In this document: in pieces, positions 29,519 through 38,865 of the stretch
Layout of the letters: the number at the start of each line of letters is the position of its first letter
Numbering within the stretch: the stretch's first letter is position 1
IMG/VR virus record: IMGVR_UViG_3300025575_000013
Span: 1,951-65,950 of that record
From: a virus
Taxonomy: Duplodnaviria; Caudoviricetes
Reading direction: 5' to 3' (one strand)
DNA length: 64,000 nt
Translations under genes and position numbers: made by a program
The notes under the pieces: model-generated
Told to the model about the DNA's origin: nothing
The model's input: only the letters and a program-made list of their open reading frames with translations
The model's database searches: none

Positions 29519-30394
29519 TTAGTTTAACATTACCCCATAATTCTTCGCAATCCAAAATATACTACCGATTGAAGCCTTTTCGCGTCCTTTTAAGCAACTT
29601 CTCCACTGCTTCTTGCATTCACACACCTTAAACCCATTATAATTGCGTGAGATGGCCTCAAAATAAGCGTACCCGTCTTCTGCGAACTCATTTGCAATGC
29701 CGGTTCCGATTTTAATCCAGTCTTGTCTAACCTGGGTTATATCTACTCCGATTTCCTCGATTAGACGAAGTAACTGAAAAAATCTCATCCTATCTAATCC
29801 GCATCCGTACTCATTTTTTTTGTCACGGATAACTTCTGTATCCACGTGCCTGTCGGTAACTATTGAAGCGTCTCGCCTTATTATTAAATCGTCATCAATA
29901 GTATAACCCCTTAGTCTGGATGGGTCTGAGCATGACCGGTCTATATCAAAACCCAGCTTAGCCTTTACATCCAACGCTATCCAGTCGAAATGCTCTTTAT
30001 GGAACTGAGGCTGGGATACTTCGACTAAAAAAAAGATACCACGCTCGGAGACGCTCTTTCCGATTAAGCATGAGTATGGGAGTAGGGATATATCTCGCTT
30101 AACAGACGGTATATCATTCTTTCCGAGTTTGTCTATATCCATGCAAATAAAACCGGAATGGGATATTTGCCTCGACAACAGTCGTTCAGAAAAGCATCCA
30201 CTTGGTGTTATACATGGCAATGTGGCCTTGATTTTATCCCTAACTTTCTTATCCCCGGAAGACCTTATCATTTCTACCGACCCACTCAATACCGAACTCG
30301 TTTTAGTAAAGAAGTCAAGTATTGGTATAGTCCTCAGCGGAACCGGGTCGTAGTAATTACGAAATAAAGAAACGGGGAAAGATAGGTCAATCAT
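29519..30394 (-). CDS. Primase-like protein (BT4734/VirE N-terminal + PriCT-2)
   Basis: K..LP.ITPSG.F..R......HSGFICMDID; S.S..G; W..IG..IA.EF...G...F..IS; IGSIFWIAK.YG. Confidence 0.85.
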   Translation of the reverse strand: MIDLSFPVSLFRNYYDPVPLRTIPILDFFTKTSSVLSGSVEMIRSSGDKKVRDKIKATLPCITPSGCFSERLLSRQISHSGFICMDIDKLGKNDIPSVKRDISLLPYSCLIGKSVSERGIFFLVEVSQPQFHKEHFDWIALDVKAKLGFDIDRSCSDPSRLRGYTIDDDLIIRRDASIVTDRHVDTEVIRDKKNEYGCGLDRMRFFQLLRLIEEIGVDITQVRQDWIKIGTGIANEFAEDGYAYFEAISRNYNGFKVCECKKQWRSCLKGREKASIGSIFWIAKNYGVMLN

Positions 30395-30618
30395 TGTTGC
30401 TCAGGTATGGAGACATAAGACGACGCCATCAAGAATTCATCCATTAATTCAGAGACGGATCTAAATCCCTTCGGTGAAAATTCACCATCATCGTCAAAAG
30501 TTGATTCTGTAAATCCGTATTCAATAATATCATCATCTTCTGGAAATGCCGGGCGTGATGTACCGAGTAGTTGGTTTTGTGCTATATAAGCACCGAATGC
30601 GATTGCAAATTCTTTCAT
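30391..30618 (-). CDS. Small acidic hypothetical protein
   Basis: 75 aa; EDDD and DDDGE clusters. Confidence 0.5.
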   Translation of the reverse strand: MKEFAIAFGAYIAQNQLLGTSRPAFPEDDDIIEYGFTESTFDDDGEFSPKGFRSVSELMDEFLMASSYVSIPEQQ

Positions 30619-30633
30619 ATTGATTTTGTTTAG

Positions 30634-31389
30634 TTATATATTCTCTCTTCTTAAATTATTTAACGCCCTCCCATTCCTAAAAACTCGCCTCTCCATCATT
30701 TGAACCGTATGGACGTGTACTGTCGGGCAGAACCTTGATTTATAAATTTTTATCATTGTATCGATACGATACATAGGTTTGTTTATTTTTGATAAGTCTA
30801 CGCTCGGTAATACTACACCGGCGGCCCAGGCTAAATCAATCTCTCCTATTTTGTCTATCATGTCAACCATGCAAACGCTGGATGCTCCACTCAAATCCAT
30901 AGTTAATGGGTAAAATATTTTTCCGTATTCCCATGATTCAGAATTCTCCAAAAACCAACGCTTAAACTGTATGTCATCATCTCCATGATTACCGAATCCG
31001 CAAAGGATTACCCGTCTATTTAAAATGCTATAGTCTGATAGTTGCCTAAAAATAGTTATAAACTGGTTAAATGCATCAGAGGAAGATTGAAGCGATTCAA
31101 ATTCTCTCATAAAAATAGAACTTCCATTTATCCATTCTTCTGAAATATGGCAAGACTCTGGGGGTTTCCACATTACGTCAAACTTCTCAAGTAGCCTCTT
31201 TCCGTCCATTAATTTCCCAACAATTCTATACGGATGACTCGTGTACGGGTCTTCGCTGGTTTTGTACATTTCGTAAAATAATATACGCTTTATATTTATG
31301 TTTATATCTTTTCTACTTTTGTCCCTCAGAACTTTTACCCCATCTATATGATCTTTTGCCATTTTACATCGTGTCTGCGTCTTCGGCAA
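30634..31389 (-). CDS. DnaQ-like exonuclease homolog with degenerate catalytic motifs
   Basis: ILFYEMYKT (ExoI position), LCGFGNHGDDDIQFKRWF (ExoII), NKPMYRIDTMIKIY (ExoIII). Confidence 0.55.
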   Translation of the reverse strand: MPKTQTRCKMAKDHIDGVKVLRDKSRKDININIKRILFYEMYKTSEDPYTSHPYRIVGKLMDGKRLLEKFDVMWKPPESCHISEEWINGSSIFMREFESLQSSSDAFNQFITIFRQLSDYSILNRRVILCGFGNHGDDDIQFKRWFLENSESWEYGKIFYPLTMDLSGASSVCMVDMIDKIGEIDLAWAAGVVLPSVDLSKINKPMYRIDTMIKIYKSRFCPTVHVHTVQMMERRVFRNGRALNNLRRENI

Positions 31390-31846
31390 CTATCTTCCCA
31401 GCTTTTAACGCCTCGTTAAATAAATTACAACCCTCGCATCTATTTGGTGCATAAATCCTAACTGGATCACGCTCGCTAATTTGTTCTTCTTTTTTAAGAC
31501 CGTTGATTACGGCGATTTGGCCGTTTGCGGCAATTCTATTCGCTTGTGTTGCGTTTGGGTCTTGAGCTTCAGTCAGTAGTCGTTGCAATGTGGCCTCTTT
31601 AGAGAATGGATCTTGTGCCTCACCTGTGGCGGTACGTGTTACCGAAGCGGCTCCTCTTAGCTTCAACTTTGTCTCTGAAATTCTGGTCTTTATGTCTGAG
31701 CGCTCTCTAATTAGTTTAGACTCTTGCTTAATCTTTCCCTCAGACATATTGCGGGAGACTATAGCATTTATAGCCTTATAGACATCAGATTCTTTTGCCC
31801 ATCCGATTGCAATAAGATCGGAAAAGGCCATGTCTTGGAGGGTCAT
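31364..31846 (-). CDS. Terminase small subunit candidate
   Basis: HTH-like N-terminus, then FSKEATLQRL...RIAA..QIA.INGLKKE oligomerisation-type helices. Confidence 0.45.
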   Translation of the reverse strand: MTLQDMAFSDLIAIGWAKESDVYKAINAIVSRNMSEGKIKQESKLIRERSDIKTRISETKLKLRGAASVTRTATGEAQDPFSKEATLQRLLTEAQDPNATQANRIAANGQIAVINGLKKEEQISERDPVRIYAPNRCEGCNLFNEALKAGKIVAEDADTM

Positions 31847-32826
31847 TTATGCTTAGGCTTGTAAGTTACTATTAATTTAGATGGGGATATAAGCCGTGGA
31901 GCAATATCATATACATATGTATCTTCAAAAACAGGAGTAGTTTGTGTTACATTTATTATTTCGTAATCCTCGTCAAGGTCTTTTTTAAATTGATCCATCT
32001 CAGATAGCTTAGGCTTAGTTAGATCTTTTAGCCGCTTAATCATTTCGTCAGCCTTCTTTTTGTCATAGGTAAGCTGTTCAATCTGATCTGTCAGTTTTTT
32101 TAAAACCTCCGCATATTGCTTTATGAATTCGTCAGATACGGATAATGTAAAATACAAACTGCCAACTTCTGGTATTTCTTCCACCACCTTATTTTCTTCA
32201 TTCCAGCGTTTACCTTCTTTTTTTAGTGCGCCAAAAAGTTGTTGTTTTTGCGCGGAGGAGGCGTGACCGGAAATCTCTCCAAATCTACAAGCTGGTACGG
32301 ATTTGTCAGAAGAGAAACCACCAGAAGGATTTATGAAAAAATGTTTATAAGCCATTCCTGTTATAGGACTATATTCTCTAAATATAAATATATAATCTCC
32401 GAGATTCCCTTTAGCCACCAGCACATCTCCCTCTTTATAAATTGGTTCGGTAATCTCGGAAAGAGCATATCTATGATTAAAATTATATTTACGACCGTGA
32501 TCATGAGCGTCGGCTTGGGTTTTAAATTTTATAGCATCATCAATTCTGTTAGACCAAGATCCAGTACTTGCTTTATAATGTGGACCGAATGTGCCAAGCC
32601 TGGAGCCGTCGCTACGCATCACCCAACTCTTTTTTTCGTTTTTGTTTTTTGTTTCCATATCATTTTCTATTTTTGGATTTTGTAAATATTCTCGTTCAAA
32701 ATACATAGGATCAAAAGTCAGCCTATACGTCTCCCTTTCAGAGCATCCAACGGCAGACATATTAGCCATCATTGACCACCATTTATTTCCGGTAATCGGA
32801 TTAATTTTTGCTATTATTTTTTTCAT
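31843..32826 (-). CDS. Hypothetical multi-module protein
   Basis: Start reassigned to ATG 32826, downstream of TATCTTTG at 32848-32855; contains one YKEGDVL...A...K.QLF.ALKKEGKRWN unit. Confidence 0.6.
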   Translation of the reverse strand: MKKIIAKINPITGNKWWSMMANMSAVGCSERETYRLTFDPMYFEREYLQNPKIENDMETKNKNEKKSWVMRSDGSRLGTFGPHYKASTGSWSNRIDDAIKFKTQADAHDHGRKYNFNHRYALSEITEPIYKEGDVLVAKGNLGDYIFIFREYSPITGMAYKHFFINPSGGFSSDKSVPACRFGEISGHASSAQKQQLFGALKKEGKRWNEENKVVEEIPEVGSLYFTLSVSDEFIKQYAEVLKKLTDQIEQLTYDKKKADEMIKRLKDLTKPKLSEMDQFKKDLDEDYEIINVTQTTPVFEDTYVYDIAPRLISPSKLIVTYKPKHK

Positions 32827-32901
32827 GTTGTTGTTTTTTTCTTTCCCCAAAGATACCACATTTTTCCCACTCCCACAAACTCTTTAACCAACTTTAACTC
32901 T

Positions 32902-34503
32902 TTATGGACACTCATCCTCTTCCGCCTCTTCATCCGTAGCCCCTTCCGTCCAATCAACCTCGACCTGATTCCACACCCCATCCGCTATTGGCTCCTTAGC
33001 GTCCCTCTCCACGATATTTTCCACCACACCCCCAACGATATTATCCCCGTCCCTACCGTACAACATTACCCCATATTCCTCTAACGAAAAATTCCCAATC
33101 GCCCTTGCAAATAGCTTTCGATATTCATCCATGATCGGCAACTCGTAAACCCCATACTCAATCGAGGCCCGTCTCCCGCATGCAAAACCTTTTTCCTTTA
33201 ATTTTGATCCCAGCTTATTAAAACTAAAAGCCTTTAAGCCCATCGTTATACACCAGGATGTATATGCCTCATATATCTTTTTAACCGGCATAGTATTTGG
33301 TATATGCCCAATATACGCAGGCCTTGCTGAGTATCTGTTTTCACGCAAGAATCCTAAAATTGAGTTCGATTCTATCTCGTAATCCTTAACTCTTGCGGCT
33401 ACCTTTTTACTTGTTGTGAACTTATAATCATTGTTAATCAGCCTATCCCGACCCTGTAAAATCCAATTAAGAATTCCAGGATATTCTTTCGACAACTTCA
33501 TGTGTAGTTGCTTGTCCTGGTTCTCCTCGGATATAGTTATATCCATAGGTATTATTATTAGTCTGCGAGAGAATCCGTAAGTTGAATCTACGGTAATCGG
33601 TAGCTCGTTTGAGTTGCACATAAGTATCGGGAGGTTTGATGCCATAAATGATCTACCATACGCCCGTCTTGCGTCGGTTGGCTCTCCTGAAACTATTGTT
33701 TTAAATTTGTCAGATGAGAATTCTTTTTTACCAGCATCTGAGCAGTAGTTTAATAGCTTTCCATCGCATTCTGCCAGGGCATATAGAGATTCCGATGATG
33801 TACCAGCTAACCTTGATACATCATAACCAGTAACATTGTTTTCCCCTAATATTCCGCTTATAGTCATATAAATAACACTCTTGCCATTTGACCCTCCTCC
33901 GTGCAGGTATAATATTTTCTCAAGTTTCGTTGTTTTACGGTTAATAAAAATGCAACCCAAATACTCCTGCAAAATGGCTCTTGAGTCTATATCGGGCAAA
34001 ACCTGCTCTAAAAATGAAATCCACTTTGGACATGTGGCGTTTGGGTCGTAACTATATGACAGGCCATAGATGCAGTTAGATTCCGGGCTGAGTTTACTGG
34101 TTTTACCCGTGCTTACGTCTAAAACGCAGTTCTTAAAAGATATGATCTCACGTTTAGGTGAAAGTTTGGTATGTAGTACGCTTCGTTTTACCATTTGTAT
34201 CATCCTTGGCTCGCGTTTTAAAATATCGCCTGGCCTAAGTCCAACACCGGAAATCAGCAATTCTGCCACTGTTTCAATCTCCTTTTCTTCAAGTTCCACC
34301 CAAAACCCCAACTCTGGATTCCACCAGAATTCCGTGCCTTTATGTGTGGCAAGATTTGATTTTAAAACAGAATCTCGGAGTAAAAGCCCAACAGCACCGC
34401 ACCTGTCATCCTTGTCTCCAATAGCTAGTGCCTTCGCCATTAATCCTATCGGTATATGTCCTGATATTTCCTCAGCTATTTTTTTAGGTCTATCTTCGAT
34501 CAT
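32902..34503 (-). CDS. D5/P4-type SF3 replicative helicase
   Basis: ISFKNCVLD, Walker A GGGSNGKS, CSD Walker B, NELP..DSTYGFSRRL.IIP. Confidence 0.92.
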   Translation of the reverse strand: MIEDRPKKIAEEISGHIPIGLMAKALAIGDKDDRCGAVGLLLRDSVLKSNLATHKGTEFWWNPELGFWVELEEKEIETVAELLISGVGLRPGDILKREPRMIQMVKRSVLHTKLSPKREIISFKNCVLDVSTGKTSKLSPESNCIYGLSYSYDPNATCPKWISFLEQVLPDIDSRAILQEYLGCIFINRKTTKLEKILYLHGGGSNGKSVIYMTISGILGENNVTGYDVSRLAGTSSESLYALAECDGKLLNYCSDAGKKEFSSDKFKTIVSGEPTDARRAYGRSFMASNLPILMCNSNELPITVDSTYGFSRRLIIIPMDITISEENQDKQLHMKLSKEYPGILNWILQGRDRLINNDYKFTTSKKVAARVKDYEIESNSILGFLRENRYSARPAYIGHIPNTMPVKKIYEAYTSWCITMGLKAFSFNKLGSKLKEKGFACGRRASIEYGVYELPIMDEYRKLFARAIGNFSLEEYGVMLYGRDGDNIVGGVVENIVERDAKEPIADGVWNQVEVDWTEGATDEEAEEDECP

Positions 34504-35054
34504 AATTTGGCGAATAATGCGTTATTAACACCCATAAAGTCCATCGACACTATACTGCCATGTTTTATTCCGGCGTAAACCGTTGAAGAGTTTGAAATTT
34601 TATGGCTTGTGAGATAGCCAGCTAAAGTGTATAAAACTACCCCCTTCTGATTATATAATTCATTCCAAGTAATAACACCACCGCCTTTTTTACGGAACAT
34701 ACCCGGCCTATTCCTTATGATATGATCCGGTATTGATAACTGTATGGAAATCAATACAACCTTATTCAAATCCTTATGAATATTAAATACGACGTATTCG
34801 TTATCCTCCAAGTAGGCAGATTTTTCATACAAGGCAGTTGGTGCTTGTCTAAGCTCGTCCGGCCAACTTGGGCCAATACGATAATAATTTTCGCCAAGAA
34901 TATTTTTACGTAAAACAGAATCTCTGGGTAATATAATTTTTTCTGATGGTGTTTTATACGCTAACTTCAATGCTGGCATAGTGTACAAAGGCTTAGAGTC
35001 AAGGAGTATCATCCCTTTTACTTGAGGACTAAGGGGTATTTTAAGGATTGGCAT
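34500..35054 (-). CDS. Hypothetical protein
   Basis: 184 aa; TATCTTTG at 35078-35085 upstream. Confidence 0.6.
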   Translation of the reverse strand: MPILKIPLSPQVKGMILLDSKPLYTMPALKLAYKTPSEKIILPRDSVLRKNILGENYYRIGPSWPDELRQAPTALYEKSAYLEDNEYVVFNIHKDLNKVVLISIQLSIPDHIIRNRPGMFRKKGGGVITWNELYNQKGVVLYTLAGYLTSHKISNSSTVYAGIKHGSIVSMDFMGVNNALFAKL

Positions 35055-35123
35055 GGGTAATTAATTTTGTGGGACAGCAAAGATACAAATAAAAAACGAT
35101 ATTAGAAATACTTTCTAGTATTT

Positions 35124-35654
35124 TCAAGGTACAATTTTTGATAATTCATTTTGGTACGCTTCTGCTGCGTCAAGTTCGTTTACAAAAATTCCTAAATATT
35201 TTTGTTTTCCATCAATTGCTATAGATGAAACCCACTTATTTGATATCTTATGCCATGATACCCCAATACTCTGCGACGTTAGAATACCCTTATCTTTTCT
35301 TATTCCTATGGATAAATTAAATCTATTTGTGACAATTCTCAGATTTTCGACCCTGTTATCAGTTATTATTCCGTTTATATGATCTACAACCAATCTATGA
35401 CCATCTGGAGTATGGTTTAAGAATGCGATTGCAACGAGCTTGTGAACCTCTACATATTTTATATATCCGTCTTTGTGCAAACTTACATGTTGATAGCATT
35501 TGCTACTCAATGGTATTTTTAAAATTTTTTCTTTTCTAGCATAATTTCCACGGCCATTTCTAGCCTTCCGAAGACACGATTTTACCCTTCCTAAATTACT
35601 AACTTCGTAAATACATTCAAATCCCTTGATAGGTAGCCAAATTTCTTCTTCCAT
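35124..35654 (-). CDS. NUMOD4-HNH homing endonuclease (paralog of 25245..25772)
   Basis: Same domain order and shared segments (NLRIVTNRFNLS, GIFVNELDA.EAYQNEL). Confidence 0.88.
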   Translation of the reverse strand: MEEEIWLPIKGFECIYEVSNLGRVKSCLRKARNGRGNYARKEKILKIPLSSKCYQHVSLHKDGYIKYVEVHKLVAIAFLNHTPDGHRLVVDHINGIITDNRVENLRIVTNRFNLSIGIRKDKGILTSQSIGVSWHKISNKWVSSIAIDGKQKYLGIFVNELDAAEAYQNELSKIVP

Positions 35655-35669
35655 TTTATTAAATATTAA

Positions 35670-35738
35670 TCGGCACCAAACAACAATCCAAGGCGGTCAG
35701 AGTGCAAAGTCTTACCTTAATTTGTCGGATGATGCCGA
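35670..35738 (-). promoter_or_regulatory. Long leader hairpin upstream of the HNH gene
   Basis: TCGGCATCA/TGGTGCCGA, CGACAA/TTGTTG and AAGG/CCTT nested stems. Confidence 0.5.
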
Positions 35739-35792
35739 AATATAAATTGTTAATGGATTTTATCATTATGACCTTTTTAAAACTTTGCGTTA

Positions 35793-35823
35793 CAAATATA
35801 ATAAATTAAATCGAATTAACAAA
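35793..35823 (-). promoter_or_regulatory. Promoter
   Basis: TTTG-N19-TATATTTG. Confidence 0.7.
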
Positions 35824-35898
35824 ATAAAAAATAATTTTTTTTCAAAATAATCCCAGTTAAGCCACTGAGACGCGCACGGAAAGGCGAGACTGAAAAGT

Positions 35899-36288
35899 CT
35901 ACTTGTAATAACCACACTCTAAAAAGTAATCTTTTGTCTGTTGGTAAGTCATAAATCTATCCGTTCCGGTTGGTGGTAATTCAATTATTGGCATTCCGGC
36001 ATTACGAGCCGCGGTTAATTCTGACGCAACCCCTGATGGGATTTTGCCACCAGGAAGAGATCGGAAGGCGAAGATGTCACAACTTTGTGCCAACTCTCTC
36101 CAAAAACCCATAGGCATACCATAGTATAGGTAAATATCTTTTTCTAATTGATATTGTTCTTGTATTTCCGGGTCATTTGGATTTAACACCTTAAAACCCA
36201 TTTGGTTTAACGTGGATATATCCATCCTTTCTATTTCACTATCATAAGTACACATAGCGTGGGCGTAGTAAACTGTTTTTTGTTTCAT
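35899..36288 (-). CDS. Nucleoside 2-deoxyribosyltransferase-like (NDT-fold) protein
   Basis: VYYAHAM; V.NP; CDIFAF...GG.IPSGVASEL..A..AGMPI. Confidence 0.65.
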   Translation of the reverse strand: MKQKTVYYAHAMCTYDSEIERMDISTLNQMGFKVLNPNDPEIQEQYQLEKDIYLYYGMPMGFWRELAQSCDIFAFRSLPGGKIPSGVASELTAARNAGMPIIELPPTGTDRFMTYQQTKDYFLECGYYK

Positions 36289-36352
36289 TTTTCAAATTTA
36301 CATTAAATATTTCTTTTTAGCAATTTAACATGAATGGCAAGACTTTCTGCTC

Positions 36353-36601
36353 CTATCCTATCACCCCATCTATCTCCTTCTCTCCCTCTTCTGTCAACTC
36401 ATATCTCACCACATTTCCTTTCTTTCCAGCCACTATCCACCCCTCTTTTTCCATCCTCCTTGCCGTTACTCCGCTTACTGCCATTTGTTTTTCCTCAAAC
36501 TTTCTCAGCCAGAAATGTCCATCTACTAATACTAAGCGATGTCCGTTTCGGATACGATCCAGTACTTCGACTTGAGTCCATGTTGGGGGGTTTGGTTTCA
36601 T
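36353..36601 (-). CDS. Hypothetical protein (winged-helix-like)
   Basis: 82 aa; TARRMEKEGWI..Y.LT.EG pattern. Confidence 0.5.
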   Translation of the reverse strand: MKPNPPTWTQVEVLDRIRNGHRLVLVDGHFWLRKFEEKQMAVSGVTARRMEKEGWIVAGKKGNVVRYELTEEGEKEIDGVIG

Positions 36602-36804
36602 AATACTTTTATTTTTAATCTAACCCCATCACTATATCTTTTATTATATTCATCCTCTATAGCTCGAATTGTTTTTAGCCCGGAGATCTGCTTTAGTCTT
36701 ACTAGTGTCTTTTTGGTTATATATGTATATTTTGTTACGTATTGAAGCTCGCTAAGTTTTTCTATACACGCATTTATGTCAGAAAGTGGGTCACATTGTT
36801 CCAT
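36598..36804 (-). CDS. Hypothetical protein
   Basis: 68 aa, coupled. Confidence 0.5.
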   Translation of the reverse strand: MEQCDPLSDINACIEKLSELQYVTKYTYITKKTLVRLKQISGLKTIRAIEDEYNKRYSDGVRLKIKVL

Positions 36805-36807
36805 AAT

Positions 36808-37215
36808 TTATTTTATTAGTTCTGGGTTATCGTGAATATTTCCAATCACCGCAAACTCGGATGGTGGGTTAAATTGAGTCCATCCATTTGAATTACTTTC
36901 TCTGTATTCAAATTTCATCTCAAATGCTAAAATGTAATCTTTCTTAAACTTTACAAACTGAGCTATAGCCAGTATATCCCCTTCAAAAATCTTAATCCCG
37001 TTTTTATCGGTTAAACCTGTGAATTGGCCGACTGTGTCAGGGGTCACGTCGAATCCACCTAACGGGTCACATCCACTTCCGGCATAGGCAAGGTTTTTCA
37101 TAATAGGCAAAATATACATATTGCCTTTTTTAAAGCCAACACCGTGTATTAAATCACCCTCCACCCATTCTCCGTCATCTACTCGTTTTCCTCTAAACAA
37201 AATCTCTCTTTTCAT
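36808..37215 (-). CDS. YopX family protein
   Basis: MKREILFRGKR.D.GEWV.G.L; TVGQFTGL.DKNG.KIFEGDI; VIGNIHDNPEL; promoter TATCTTTG at 37237-37244. Confidence 0.9.
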   Translation of the reverse strand: MKREILFRGKRVDDGEWVEGDLIHGVGFKKGNMYILPIMKNLAYAGSGCDPLGGFDVTPDTVGQFTGLTDKNGIKIFEGDILAIAQFVKFKKDYILAFEMKFEYRESNSNGWTQFNPPSEFAVIGNIHDNPELIK

Positions 37216-37407
37216 GCTATGTTTTTTTTCTTTCCACAAAGATACACCAAAAATTTCACCAATACAACTACTCTCCTATTTTTTAACACTAATTAATAGA
37301 AGATGGCAAGACTTGAAAAGGTGACCATTTTTGCCCAAATTTTAGCCTCTAATACCGGCATATAATTTCGGTACGGTTAAACTACGGTTAAATCTTGCAT
37401 TTTTCAT

Positions 37408-38781
37408 CTCTAATAATCAGCGTTTTAACTCAATTCATGTAACAACTAGGTACTACGCATCATCTTTGTAACAACTTTGAAAGTAAATGCTAGTATCAAT
37501 TAGTGCTACTACTCAACGTTTTAGTCTTTTTTACGCAGCTCTTGCACCTTTGCACCCGGAAATGGAATACTTTTTCGTATACAGTGATATATATATGATT
37601 CCTATAGAGAGGTGTTTAGGTATTATTGATGCAAAGGTACAGTAGTTACATAAAAAGAGTTAAAGTATTGATTACTAATACCAATTGATACTATGTAACA
37701 ACTTTAAGTGTACAACGTACCTCTTATTATAGCTACGTTAGAAAAGGCTCTTTTTTGAAACATGTGCTGATAATCAGATAGTTGAACCATGTAAAATTTA
37801 ATAATTAATTAATGTATTTAAATACACTGATATTCAGTAAGTTATACAGTTTTAAAGTAATAAAATTGTAAAAAAAATAAAAAAAATGTGTAAATGCGAT
37901 GGAGTAGGTTTGTAGTATTATTCTCTTAGGGGGTAGCCCCCATAATGTTAAGAAATTGTTAACAAATACATAGCGTTATAATACGTTTATACCTGTTAGA
38001 ATAACTATATATATTCTTAAGTGATTGGAAATCAATACGTTATACTAAAAGTATAAAGCAACTTCATAAAAATGGTAAAAATTAACACTTAAAAAGAATG
38101 GTTCTCCTGACAATGTAATTACATTTCAATTTGACGAAAAATTTTGGTACGAAACCAGGGGTTTGGCTCAACCCATTAAGAAATTGTTAAGAAGCTACGA
38201 ATGTTTCGTAGTTAGTACATACTAACTAATTTTAAACCACATATAGGACTATATTATTATAAAATACTACAATAATACCAATTTATGTATAATAGTCTCT
38301 TAAAAAGCCTTATATTAAGTCTGAGATATATATAACATGTATATATATATTATTTATAATTGCACACTTTTATATATTTTGTGCAATTACTCTATTTTGC
38401 AATGTTCAGATAGCAAAATTGCATGTTTTTAACGTGCGAATGGCACTAAAATTTGACAATAAATTATAACAGTATGGAAATAAGACTGTTACAGATTGGT
38501 TTATGAACTTAATATAAAGTAGTGTTGTTTATGCAATTGTTTGGATTATTTTAAGGCGATATAAGACTATATAGGATGCTATTTGTATATATGTTACATT
38601 TTATAAAGATAATGAAGTGACGGGGTTTGTTCGGGCATTGGTATGTATGTATAAGGTTATGCTTAATATGGTAAGTGAGTCAAGTCTTACCTTCTTCTCC
38701 AGTCTCATTTGTTAATAATAGTTAATAATAACAAAAGTAAGCGTAATACTATATTGTAAAGCACTGATAATATGATAGTTA
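37408..38781 (+). repeat. Dispersed motif nCTgATAATCAgntaGTTA (about 5 good copies)
   Basis: Copies at 37408, 37766, 37826, 38023 and 38763, all in the same orientation. Confidence 0.65.
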
Positions 38782-38865
38782 CAATCTTATTTGTTAAATG
38801 ATGTTAAAAAGTTATGTAAATTGAAAAATATACGGTATCAATCGGATATAGGTAGCGTATCTTTG

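Noticed and set aside
35866-35899. Hammerhead-like CTGAGA...GAGAC segment
   Set aside because: The core lacks CUGANGA spacing and the GAAA after stem II; only a small AGACT-GAAA-AGTCT hairpin is real
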